Assembly (NCBI GenBank): GCA_028712355.1
Contig: JAQTQH010000002.1
Span: 5,398 to 69,397 of the forward strand
Length of the DNA: 64,000 bases
Origin: Dehalococcoidales bacterium
Lineage (GTDB): Bacteria; Chloroflexota; Dehalococcoidia; Dehalococcoidales; RBG-16-60-22
Direction: 5' to 3'
Shown here: piece by piece, positions 56,035 through 64,000 of the stretch
How positions within the stretch are numbered: position 1 is the stretch's first letter
Layout of the letters: the number at the start of each line of letters is the position of its first letter
Position numbers and translations under genes: made by a program
Notes under the pieces: model-generated
Told to the model about the DNA's origin: nothing
What the model saw: the letters and a program-made list of their open reading frames with translations, nothing else
Database searches by the model: none

Positions 56035-57549
56035 CTATTTAGCGGCGAAGGTCTGTTTAAACTCCTGGATTGCCGCTTTCAGTGCTTTTTCCGTTGCCTC
56101 GCTAAGCGTTTTTTCCTTAAGAATAGCATCGCCGATTTCAGGATGGGCGGTCGCCATATATTTATGTAAACTTGCTTCAAAAGTGGTTACTTTGTCAACC
56201 GGGACATCATCCAGCATGGCATTAATCGTCGCGTAAAGAATCATCACCTGCTGCTCTACCGGTACCGGGGCGGACAGCGGCTGTTTTAATACTTCACGAA
56301 TGCGGTGACCGCGCTCCAGCTGCGCCCGCGTCGCCTTGTCCAGCTCGGAAGTTCCGAACTGGGCGAAAGCCGCCAGCTCGCGGTACTGAGCCAGCTCCAG
56401 CCTCAACCGACCAGCGACCTGCTTCATCGCCTTAATCTGTGCGGAGCTGCCGACACGCGACACCGACAAGCCCACATTAAGCGCCGGGCGGATGCCGGCG
56501 TTGAACAGGTCGGTTTCCAGATACATCTGCCCATCCGTGATGGAGATAACGTTGGTCGGAATATAAGCCGACATATCACCCGCCTGCGTCTCGATGATGG
56601 GCAGCGCCGTCAGAGAACCACCGCCGTATTCCTGAGCGTACTTGGCGGCGCGCTCCAGCAGGCGGCTGTGCAGATAAAAAACATCACCGGGGTAGGCTTC
56701 CCGTCCCGGCGGACGGCGCAGCAGCAGAGAAAGCTGGCGATAAGCCCAGCTATGCTTGGAGAGGTCATCATAGACCACCAGAGCGTCTTTGCCCTGCTCC
56801 ATGAATTCTTCACCCATGGCACAGCCGGAATAAGGTGCCAGGTATTGCATCGCTACGGAATCAGCAGCGCTGGCCACCACGACGATGGTATGCGCCATCG
56901 CGCCGTGCTCTTCCAAAGCCGCCACGACGCGCGCTACCTTGGACGCCTTCTGCCCGATGGCGACATAGACGCAAATGAGATCGCCGCCCTTCTGGTTGAT
57001 GATAGTATCGAGGGCGATGGCAGTCTTTCCGGTAGAGCGATCACCGATGATAAGCTCACGCTGACCGCGCCCGATGGGGATAAGGCTATCGACCGCCTTG
57101 ATGCCGGTCTGTACCGGCGTGTCCACCGATTTACGCAGCACCACGTTGGGTGCAACACGCTCGACCGGGCGGGTCCTCTCAGCTTTTATCGGACCTTTGC
57201 CATCGAGCGGTCTGCCCAAAGCATCAACAACACGTCCGATGAGCGCCTCGCCCACCGGCACTTCGACAATACGTCCCGTGCAACGGACTTCATCGCCTTC
57301 TTTTATGGAAGCATAGTCGCCCAAAACGACAGCAGCGACACTATCCTCTTCCAGGTTCAGCGCGATGCCCATGATTTCATTGGGGAACTGAAGTAGTTCG
57401 TTATATTTGGCTGCCGCCAGTCCGCTGATGCGGGAGATGCCGTCACCCACTTCAATAACGGTACCCACGTCCACCATGGTCACCGCCATGCCGAACTGCT
57501 CAATTTCCTTTTTGATTACCGATACAATGTCCTGCCCTCGTTTTTCCAC
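56035..57549 (-). CDS. atpA: F1 ATP synthase subunit alpha
   Basis: 504 aa with a GTG start. It contains GDRSTGKTA (P-loop) and YDDLSKH. Confidence 0.95.
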   Translation of the reverse strand: MEKRGQDIVSVIKKEIEQFGMAVTMVDVGTVIEVGDGISRISGLAAAKYNELLQFPNEIMGIALNLEEDSVAAVVLGDYASIKEGDEVRCTGRIVEVPVGEALIGRVVDALGRPLDGKGPIKAERTRPVERVAPNVVLRKSVDTPVQTGIKAVDSLIPIGRGQRELIIGDRSTGKTAIALDTIINQKGGDLICVYVAIGQKASKVARVVAALEEHGAMAHTIVVVASAADSVAMQYLAPYSGCAMGEEFMEQGKDALVVYDDLSKHSWAYRQLSLLLRRPPGREAYPGDVFYLHSRLLERAAKYAQEYGGGSLTALPIIETQAGDMSAYIPTNVISITDGQMYLETDLFNAGIRPALNVGLSVSRVGSSAQIKAMKQVAGRLRLELAQYRELAAFAQFGTSELDKATRAQLERGHRIREVLKQPLSAPVPVEQQVMILYATINAMLDDVPVDKVTTFEASLHKYMATAHPEIGDAILKEKTLSEATEKALKAAIQEFKQTFAAK

Positions 57550-57592
57550 CTGGCTTTACCTCCAATAGAGTTTAGCAGGCAAACAGCGCAAA

Positions 57593-58159
57593 CTATGCTC
57601 TGGGCAGCTTCCCGATGGGCAGCACCCAGCGCCCGTATTTATCGTTCAAGATAACCGCAGCAGAAGTATAGATTGCCGCACCGGCGCAGATAAGGCCTTC
57701 CCAACCCGCCACCGCCGCCGGAATAAGACCAAAAAAGTGGAGCGCCAGCAGACCAAAGAGAATCACGAGCGTGCCGAAGATAATCGCGTGGGCAATCGAA
57801 ATACGGAGAGTAGCCAGTCCCATGTAAAACGTAAACATGCCCCAGGCAATCATCACCCAGGCAAGTCCCGGATTATCCAGTGTAACCACGCCCAGGAACG
57901 ACATCAGGAAAGCAAAGCTCAAACCAATCCAGAAAAAGCCGAAAGAGATGAAGGCCGTCATCCCGAAGGTATCTCCCCGCTTGCCGTCAATAATACCGGC
58001 GATAACCTGGGCGGCGCCGCCCCAGAAAAAGCCATACATGAGAGGGAAAATACTGGTGATTAAACCGATGTTGTGAATCTGCAGCAAAAAAGTGGTAAAC
58101 CCAAAAGCTGCCAGCCCCATCGCCCCGGGATTACCCCATTTCGTTTCTTCGTTTGCCAT
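57593..58159 (-). CDS. acetate uptake channel, GPR1/FUN34/YaaH (SatP) family
   Basis: 188 aa, 6 TM, with an N-terminal NPGAMGLAAFGFTTFLL (NPxxLGL signature). Confidence 0.8.
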   Translation of the reverse strand: MANEETKWGNPGAMGLAAFGFTTFLLQIHNIGLITSIFPLMYGFFWGGAAQVIAGIIDGKRGDTFGMTAFISFGFFWIGLSFAFLMSFLGVVTLDNPGLAWVMIAWGMFTFYMGLATLRISIAHAIIFGTLVILFGLLALHFFGLIPAAVAGWEGLICAGAAIYTSAAVILNDKYGRWVLPIGKLPRA

Positions 58160-58242
58160 GTAATTACCAAAACCTCCAAATATATTTCTATATTCCTTAT
58201 GTATTCTCGCTTAGTTTCTTAGGCTTGCATAAATATAACTAT

Positions 58243-58321
58243 GTCAACCTGAATGGAGCGAAGTGCCTCGTTCTCCGAAGTGTAACCAGGCTCTCCAGCC
58301 GCTTCGCTCCTTCAGAATGAC
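58243..58321. repeat. palindromic REP-like element, diverged copy D
   Basis: On the minus strand: gtcattctgaaggagcgaagc ... cttcgctccattcaggttgac. It lies in the acs-satP spacer and shares the GTCATTCNGA..GCGAAG arm start with copies A-C. Confidence 0.6.
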
Positions 58322-58336
58322 ATCTTCAACTATTTT

Positions 58337-60304
58337 CTATTGCTTACCCTCAACCAGCGTATTGACCACCGACGGGTCAGCGAGCGTACTGGTATCGCCC
58401 ATGTTGCCCACATCACCGGAGGCTATCTTGACCAGGATACGGCGCATAATTTTGCCGCTGCGAGTCTTGGGTAGAGCATCCGTAAACTGGATTTTATCCG
58501 GAGTCGCGATAGGGCCGATTTGCTTGCGCACCTGGGCAACCAGGTCCTTCTTGAGGTCTTCACTACCCTGATGACCGGCTTTCAGCGTTACATAGGCATA
58601 GATGCCCTCGCCCTTGATGGCATGAGGCATTGGCACCACTGCCGCTTCGGCAACCTTGGGATGAGAAACCAGAGCGCTCTCCACCTCGGCAGTACCGATA
58701 CGGTGTCCGGAGACCTTGATAACATCATCGATACGGCCCATAAGCCAGTAGTAGCCATCCTCATCTTTTCGAGCGCCATCACCGGTAGTATAAACTCCGG
58801 GGAACCGGGTGAAGTAAGTATTCTTAAACCGCTCAGCATCACCGTAAACACGCCGCATCAATCCCGGCCATGGCTTCTTGATAACCAGATAGCCACCCTC
58901 GTTCACGCCTGCCTCGGAGCCGTCCTCACGCAAAATAGCCGGCTGGATGCCGGGGAAGGGCACCGTTGCCGAGCCCGGCTTGGTGGGAATAGCACCGGGC
59001 AGCGGGGTAATCAGAATACCGCCAGTCTCAGTCTGCCACCAGGTATCCACAATCGGGCAACGTGCCTTACCGATGACATTGTAGTACCACATCCATGCTT
59101 CGGGGTTGATAGGTTCACCTACGCTGCCCAGGATGCGCAGAGAACTCATATCATGCTTGTTGGGCCAATCTTCACCTTCACGCATGATGGAGCGGATTAC
59201 CGTAGGGGCAGTGTAAAAGATATTTACCCTGTATTTCTCGACAATTGTCCAGAACCGGTCGGGACCCGGATACGTGGGCACACCTTCAAACATAACACTG
59301 GTCGCTCCCAGTGACAGCGGGCCATAGACAATATAGCTATGTCCGGTAATCCAGCCGATATCAGCAGTGCACCAATAAGTATCATCATCTTTGATATCGA
59401 ATATCCACTTTGCCGTTTGAGTAACATAAAGCAAATAACCCGCCTGGGTATGCAGCACACCCTTGGGTTTACCGGTGGAGCCGCTGGTGTACAGGATGAA
59501 CAACGGGTCTTCAGCATCCATCACTTCCGGTTCGCAGACATCCTTGATATCTTCTGCTGCCATTAATTCATGCCACCAATGGTCCCGTCCTGCCTTCATT
59601 TCAACGCCCGCGTTCGCACGCTGCACGACAATCACCGACTTTACATCGGGGCAGGAGTTGAGCGCGGCGTCGGCATTATCTTTACTGCGGATGGTCTTGC
59701 CGCTGCGATAGTAGCCATCGGAGCAAACCAGCAACTTGGACTCGCAGTCCAGAATCCGGTCTTTAAGAGCATCCGTGCTGAATCCGCCGAAAACGATGCT
59801 GTGGATCGCGCCGATACGGGCGCAGGCAAGCATGGCAATAGCGAGCTCCGGAATCATCGGCAGGTAGATGGAAACGCGATCGCCTTTCTTGATGCCGAAT
59901 TTCTTCAAGACGTTGGCAAACTTGGAGACCTCACGGCAAAGCTGCTGGTAGGTCAGGGTGCGGCTGTCCCCGATATCGCCTTCCCAGATGATGGCTGCTT
60001 TATTCTTCCGCCAGGTCTTGAGATGCCGGTCAAGACAGTTGTACGCAACATTCAATTTGCCGCCGACGAACCATTCGTGTTCGGCATCTTTAAATTTGTC
60101 CACACAGACCTTATCCCACTTTTTGAACCAATCCAGCTGATTAGCGGCTTCCGCCCAGAATGCCTCCGGGTCATCTATCGACCGCTTGTAAATCTTTTTA
60201 TACTCTTCCATGCTCTTGATGTACGCCGATTTACTTAGCGATTCCGGAGGATTAAATTTCCGTTTTTCCTCCATCATCGAAGTAATCGTTTTCATTTCTG
60301 CCAT
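58337..60304 (-). CDS. acs: acetyl-CoA synthetase (AMP-forming)
   Basis: 655 aa with [22 protein letters not shown] and [13 protein letters not shown]. Confidence 0.95.
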   Translation of the reverse strand: MAEMKTITSMMEEKRKFNPPESLSKSAYIKSMEEYKKIYKRSIDDPEAFWAEAANQLDWFKKWDKVCVDKFKDAEHEWFVGGKLNVAYNCLDRHLKTWRKNKAAIIWEGDIGDSRTLTYQQLCREVSKFANVLKKFGIKKGDRVSIYLPMIPELAIAMLACARIGAIHSIVFGGFSTDALKDRILDCESKLLVCSDGYYRSGKTIRSKDNADAALNSCPDVKSVIVVQRANAGVEMKAGRDHWWHELMAAEDIKDVCEPEVMDAEDPLFILYTSGSTGKPKGVLHTQAGYLLYVTQTAKWIFDIKDDDTYWCTADIGWITGHSYIVYGPLSLGATSVMFEGVPTYPGPDRFWTIVEKYRVNIFYTAPTVIRSIMREGEDWPNKHDMSSLRILGSVGEPINPEAWMWYYNVIGKARCPIVDTWWQTETGGILITPLPGAIPTKPGSATVPFPGIQPAILREDGSEAGVNEGGYLVIKKPWPGLMRRVYGDAERFKNTYFTRFPGVYTTGDGARKDEDGYYWLMGRIDDVIKVSGHRIGTAEVESALVSHPKVAEAAVVPMPHAIKGEGIYAYVTLKAGHQGSEDLKKDLVAQVRKQIGPIATPDKIQFTDALPKTRSGKIMRRILVKIASGDVGNMGDTSTLADPSVVNTLVEGKQ

Positions 60305-60366
60305 ATTTCCTCTCCTTTTGTCTTACACTCCTGCGCTAAAGCGCAACAGCGTTATTTCCCGAATCC

Positions 60367-60906
60367 CTATTTCCCCGCCCCCGCCACCACCTTTTTAAGC
60401 GCCGCCAGCCGGCTGCGCGTGCTTCCATCCAGCAACTTTCCATCGATACGGGCAACAATCCCCCCAATTAACGCCGGTTCGATACCGGTATTAACCAGTA
60501 TTTTTTTGCCGGTAATTTTTTCGAGTTGAGCGATAACTTTCTTCTGCTCATCATGCCCGAGGGAAACAGCAGTGATAACTTGTGCCCGTTCGATTCCGTG
60601 ATAACGGTCAGCCAGACGGCGGTATTCCTCCGTAACATCGCCCAGAATGTTTATTTTACCTCTTGTTATCAATAAACGTACCAGATTGAGCGCCAGAGGA
60701 TTGACTATCTTAAGCCGTTCCGCCAGCTTTTGCTCTTTATCCGCAAAACGCACTTTTGGACTCTCCAGGTACGCGGCAAAAGCGGCATCACCGATAACCC
60801 CGGTAATCGTAACAAGATCTTCCTGCCATTTATCGATCTGGTTTGCCGCCAGGGCAAGCTCAAATACCGCCTGGGCATAGCGCCGGGATTGAGATTTCCT
60901 CGCCAT
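60367..60906 (-). CDS. atpH: F1 ATP synthase subunit delta (OSCP)
   Basis: 179 aa with RRYAQAVFELA, a C-terminal LIGGIVARIDGKLLDGSTRSRL, and a position after atpF. Confidence 0.88.
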   Translation of the reverse strand: MARKSQSRRYAQAVFELALAANQIDKWQEDLVTITGVIGDAAFAAYLESPKVRFADKEQKLAERLKIVNPLALNLVRLLITRGKINILGDVTEEYRRLADRYHGIERAQVITAVSLGHDEQKKVIAQLEKITGKKILVNTGIEPALIGGIVARIDGKLLDGSTRSRLAALKKVVAGAGK

Positions 60907-60911
60907 ATTAC

Positions 60912-61421
60912 TTATTGTTTCTTCCCTGTGAGCCCTTCCGCCAGAACCTTTTCGATAAGCTCACGGTGTCCTTCCTTATCCAGAGTCCGGTCAATGACCT
61001 TTCCTGCCGCCAGAATAGTCAGCCCGGCAAATTCACGGCGCAGCCCGCCGATGGCTTCGTCCCGCTCCTGCTGGATTTCCGACCGCGCCCGGTTCAGCAG
61101 TACTTCGGCTTCTTTCTTCGCTTCGTCACGCGCTTTCTGCTTCATTTCCTCGGCGATGGTTGTCGCCCGCTCAATCCGTTCCTGTCCCTGGACGGCGGCA
61201 GATTTGAGCTGTTTTTCAATTTCCCTGTCTATCTCACTTGCCTTTTGCTTCATAGTCTCGGCTTGTGCCATGCTTTCTTTAACACGGCTAGACCTTTCGT
61301 CAAGTATTTTCAAAAACTTTTTATAGACGAACAGGTACAACAGCCCCAGCAGCACGCCGAAGTTCACCAGCTGCGCTATCAGGGTTGCCGGGTTAAAACC
61401 AAGCTTAACAAACCCCTCCAT
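60912..61421 (-). CDS. atpF: Fo ATP synthase subunit b
   Basis: 169 aa. It has one N-terminal TM followed by a long charged helix, and sits between atpE and atpH. Confidence 0.88.
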   Translation of the reverse strand: MEGFVKLGFNPATLIAQLVNFGVLLGLLYLFVYKKFLKILDERSSRVKESMAQAETMKQKASEIDREIEKQLKSAAVQGQERIERATTIAEEMKQKARDEAKKEAEVLLNRARSEIQQERDEAIGGLRREFAGLTILAAGKVIDRTLDKEGHRELIEKVLAEGLTGKKQ

Positions 61422-61460
61422 GGCTCTCCTCCTCAGCCTCAGTCTTTCTTAGGCTGCGAT

Positions 61461-61574
61461 TTACCTGACGCCTGCGAAGATCGACGCCAGGACAATAGCA
61501 ATCAGGAGCATGGAACCGAAAATTACGCCAACCGCGAGCAACGCTATCGACATGGGGATTCCGTCTTGTCCCAT
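61461..61574 (-). CDS. possible 37-aa single-TM peptide inside the atp operon
   Basis: Below the ORF-track cutoff. Hand translation gives MGQDGIPMSIALLAVGVIFGSMLLIAIVLASIFAGVR. An AAGGAG SD starts directly after the atpE stop (TAAAGGAGAAATACGATG). Confidence 0.45.
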   Translation of the reverse strand: MGQDGIPMSIALLAVGVIFGSMLLIAIVLASIFAGVR

Positions 61575-61586
61575 CGTATTTCTCCT

Positions 61587-61814
61587 TTATACAAACGCCA
61601 GAATTAAAGCAATAATTAAGGCATAGATACCGATTGCTTCGGCAAAGGCAGTGACCAGTATCATCGCGGTCTGAATACGGCCACCCGCCTCGGGATTGCG
61701 TGCCAGTCCCTGCAGTGCTGAGTAGCCGATGAGTCCGATCGCCAGCGCCGGCCCCATCAGTCCCAGGCTGGCTGCCAGTCCTACCGCTAAAAGTTTCATC
61801 GTTGCCGGATCCAT
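61587..61814 (-). CDS. atpE: Fo ATP synthase subunit c
   Basis: 75 aa with the GLARNPE loop and AFAEAIGIYALI (ion-binding Glu). Confidence 0.93.
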   Translation of the reverse strand: MDPATMKLLAVGLAASLGLMGPALAIGLIGYSALQGLARNPEAGGRIQTAMILVTAFAEAIGIYALIIALILAFV

Positions 61815-61838
61815 TCTTGTCCTCCTTCTTTTTAAGGT

Positions 61839-62735
61839 CTATTCACCGTGATGAGCAGTTGCCAGGGTAAGAAATACCAGCGTCAATATACTGAAGATAA
61901 GCGCCTGGATAAATCCCACGAACAGTTCAAGTCCATAAAATACCGTAACAACTGTAAACGGCACCAGAAAAACCACAATCAGAATAAGAATTTCGCCCGC
62001 GGTCATATTTCCGAATAAACGAAGGGTGAAACTAAGGATACGCACGAAATGGCTGAACAGTTCCAGAATTCCGACGAATAACAGGATAAAACCGGTGACC
62101 AATCCGTTGAGCCCGCTTTTGACCTTGCCGGTAATTATCTGCCCGATACTGCGGAAAAGCGGCCCGAAATTGAAAAACTCGCTCAGATAACGCACGCCGT
62201 GCGCCCTCAGCCCGAAAAATTCAACGCAGAAAAAGGAAATCAGAGCTATGGCGAGCGGGGTATTGATATCCGTATTAGCGCCGCGCAATAATTCAACCTC
62301 GTGCTCCCCGGTAAACACTTCCAGAGAACCGAATCCGGGGAACAGGCTCAGCCACGCATTGAACAGGACGAACAGGAAAATGGTCACGACAATCGGGAAG
62401 AATTTCCGCCCCCACTTTTCGCCGGCGATGCTCTCACACAGGCCATAGCACATTCCGAGGAGCATTTCGAAAGCCGCCTGCAGGCGTCCCGGCACCAGCT
62501 TCATGCGCCGGGTAACGAGTATGCCGATTACCAGCAGCACCGCCATGGTCACCCAGGTGGCAATGACACTGTTGGAAATAGGAAAGCCGGCAATATTAAA
62601 GACTTCAGCAGCAGGAAGGTGAATCGCAGGCTTGTGACGCTCAAAGGGTAAAAAGAAACCCACCGCCAGAAGAATGGCGATAGAAACAAAAAAGATGGAA
62701 CGCGAAGAGAGAATTCGGCGTCCTTGCCCGGACAC
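61839..62735 (-). CDS. atpB: Fo ATP synthase subunit a
   Basis: 298 aa with LSFTLRLFGNMTAGE (essential Arg). Confidence 0.92.
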   Translation of the reverse strand: MSGQGRRILSSRSIFFVSIAILLAVGFFLPFERHKPAIHLPAAEVFNIAGFPISNSVIATWVTMAVLLVIGILVTRRMKLVPGRLQAAFEMLLGMCYGLCESIAGEKWGRKFFPIVVTIFLFVLFNAWLSLFPGFGSLEVFTGEHEVELLRGANTDINTPLAIALISFFCVEFFGLRAHGVRYLSEFFNFGPLFRSIGQIITGKVKSGLNGLVTGFILLFVGILELFSHFVRILSFTLRLFGNMTAGEILILIVVFLVPFTVVTVFYGLELFVGFIQALIFSILTLVFLTLATAHHGE

Positions 62736-62959
62736 TAGTTCCGCTCCTCGTCCTGCTTGCTATTTAGAAGAGGTAACAGCATTTGATACACACCAAAACC
62801 CGCCACTATTATTCCTAATAAAAGACCAATCAGCATAAAAGCCGGCCTGGTATTTAATTTGCCGTCAATCCAGATTCCGCCCACCACCCCCAGGAAAATG
62901 GCTCCCCCGATGAAGAAGCCCACCCCCGTCAGCCGCAGCGCCAGCACCCATTTCGGCAT
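62735..62959 (-). CDS. AtpZ/AtpI-like small membrane protein
   Basis: 74 aa, 2 TM, with LRLTGVGFFIGGAIFLGVVGGIWIDGKL. It is the first gene of the atp operon and overlaps atpB by 1 nt. Confidence 0.75.
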   Translation of the reverse strand: MPKWVLALRLTGVGFFIGGAIFLGVVGGIWIDGKLNTRPAFMLIGLLLGIIVAGFGVYQMLLPLLNSKQDEERN

Positions 62960-63032
62960 GACGACCTCAACAATTAATAGCCCTCAACAGCTTATCAGAT
63001 TGGGCGTCCCGGGTCAAGTTGCTTCAGGTACT

Positions 63033-63063
63033 AAAAAAGCCCTGACTAATGTGAAGTCCGGGC
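63033..63063 (-). terminator. putative rho-independent terminator upstream of the atp operon
   Basis: On the minus strand: GCCCGGAC-ttcacatta-GTCAGGGC followed by TTTTTT. Confidence 0.55.
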
Positions 63064-63093
63064 TTCCCCAGGTTACCATCTTTCCGTTTAAAT

Positions 63094-63426
63094 TCAGGTC
63101 TTCTGGCTCTCAAAAAGACCGGTAAAATCACCATCAAACGCTTTCAAATATTCATGCATCTGGAGCAGGTCATCGCTACTCACCGCTCCGCTTACCATAA
63201 ATTTACCCATTTCTGACTTGTTCAGGTCAGTCAACGGTGCCGATTGCCGCTCTTTACGCACCATTGCCACCACGAGCGACTGGGTATGGCAGGAAGAGCA
63301 GAGCGCCTGGACGAACCACATCTCATCGCTGCAGCCCAGCACTTCCACATTCTGCGCCTCGTAGGGCTGCCCGCAGGAACTGCACTTAATCGAGCAGATG
63401 AGTTTCCGTAGCACCCTTTCTTCCAT
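63094..63426 (-). CDS. hypothetical Cys-rich (zinc-ribbon-like) protein
   Basis: 110 aa from ATG 63426 (GAGGGA SD). It contains CSIKCSSCGQ ... CSSCH. The track start at 63489 overlaps the upstream gene. Confidence 0.55.
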   Translation of the reverse strand: MEERVLRKLICSIKCSSCGQPYEAQNVEVLGCSDEMWFVQALCSSCHTQSLVVAMVRKERQSAPLTDLNKSEMGKFMVSGAVSSDDLLQMHEYLKAFDGDFTGLFESQKT

Positions 63427-63436
63427 CTTATATCCC

Positions 63437-63988
63437 TCAGGATTTCCGCTTATCAAAATCATCGAGGTCAAGAGTGTTGATGAAGTCATAAAAAGCTGAC
63501 ATCTTCTTTTTCATTTCTTCATCGTTAACGCGCTTTTCCTTACCGCCGGGCTCCTTTTCTCCCTCCACCACCGGCTTACCCGTTTCGCTGTCCAGATAAA
63601 TACCCGCTTTGTCCAGCACTGCTTCTTCGGCATAGATAGGCACTTCAGCTCTCACGGCAAGCGCCAGAGCATCGCTGGGGCGGGAGTCAACTTCCACCTG
63701 GTTGCCATCGACACTGAGGACCAGCTTCGCAAAGAAAGTGTCGTTTTTGAGGTCATTGACCACGATGTAATCAATAGTGACACCCAGCGTATCAATCACC
63801 GAACGCAGCAGATCATGGGTGAGGGGACGCGGCACGGTCACCCCCTGCAGCTTGACCGCGATGGCATCGGCTTCCGCAGGGCCAATCCAGATGGGCAGAT
63901 AGCGCTCCGATTCTTTCTCCTTTAAAATCACAACCCGCTGGTAGTTCATCAGGCTGACGCGGATACTATCAATACTCATCTCAATCAT
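63437..63988 (-). CDS. bifunctional nuclease (BFN/DUF151) family protein
   Basis: 183 aa with LPIWIGPAEADAIA ... RPLTHDLL ... VDSRPSDALALAVR. Confidence 0.8.
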   Translation of the reverse strand: MIEMSIDSIRVSLMNYQRVVILKEKESERYLPIWIGPAEADAIAVKLQGVTVPRPLTHDLLRSVIDTLGVTIDYIVVNDLKNDTFFAKLVLSVDGNQVEVDSRPSDALALAVRAEVPIYAEEAVLDKAGIYLDSETGKPVVEGEKEPGGKEKRVNDEEMKKKMSAFYDFINTLDLDDFDKRKS

Positions 63989-64000
63989 AATCTGGTCACT

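Overview
This is a gene-dense, fairly GC-rich bacterial chromosomal segment that is almost entirely housekeeping. It carries pyrimidine (pyrD, pyrF), NAD (nadB, nadC), purine (purF), proline (proB, proA) and molybdenum-cofactor (mobA-moeA-mobB) genes. It also carries tRNA modification genes (trmO, miaB), SOS and repair genes (lexA with a GAAC-N4-GTTC box, dinB, mfd, a YprA-like helicase), rnc, rph, rpsP, two tRNAs (Ser-GCU, Ile-GAU) and a complete F1Fo ATP synthase operon. The gene content and the Gram-positive-type LexA box would fit a Chloroflexota/Dehalococcoidia-like organism, but that is inference only. Five things are not explained by routine annotation. (1) A 2.5-kb low-GC island (16481-19001) is bounded by 11-bp direct repeats and clipped into the 3' end of a hydrolase gene. 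It carries an IS6-like DDE transposase sandwiched between two orphan proteins in one tight operon. (2) Four palindromic REP/MITE-like intergenic elements are present. (3) acs and an acetate-channel gene sit inside the atp operon, together with a strongly SD-preceded 37-codon membrane sORF. (4) A P-loop kinase-like gene is split by a single in-frame TAG. (5) An orphan ORF is wedged between proB and proA. I found no CRISPR array, rRNA, prophage or recognisable defence system. The island cargo is the only candidate for an undescribed system, and I cannot assign it a function from sequence alone.
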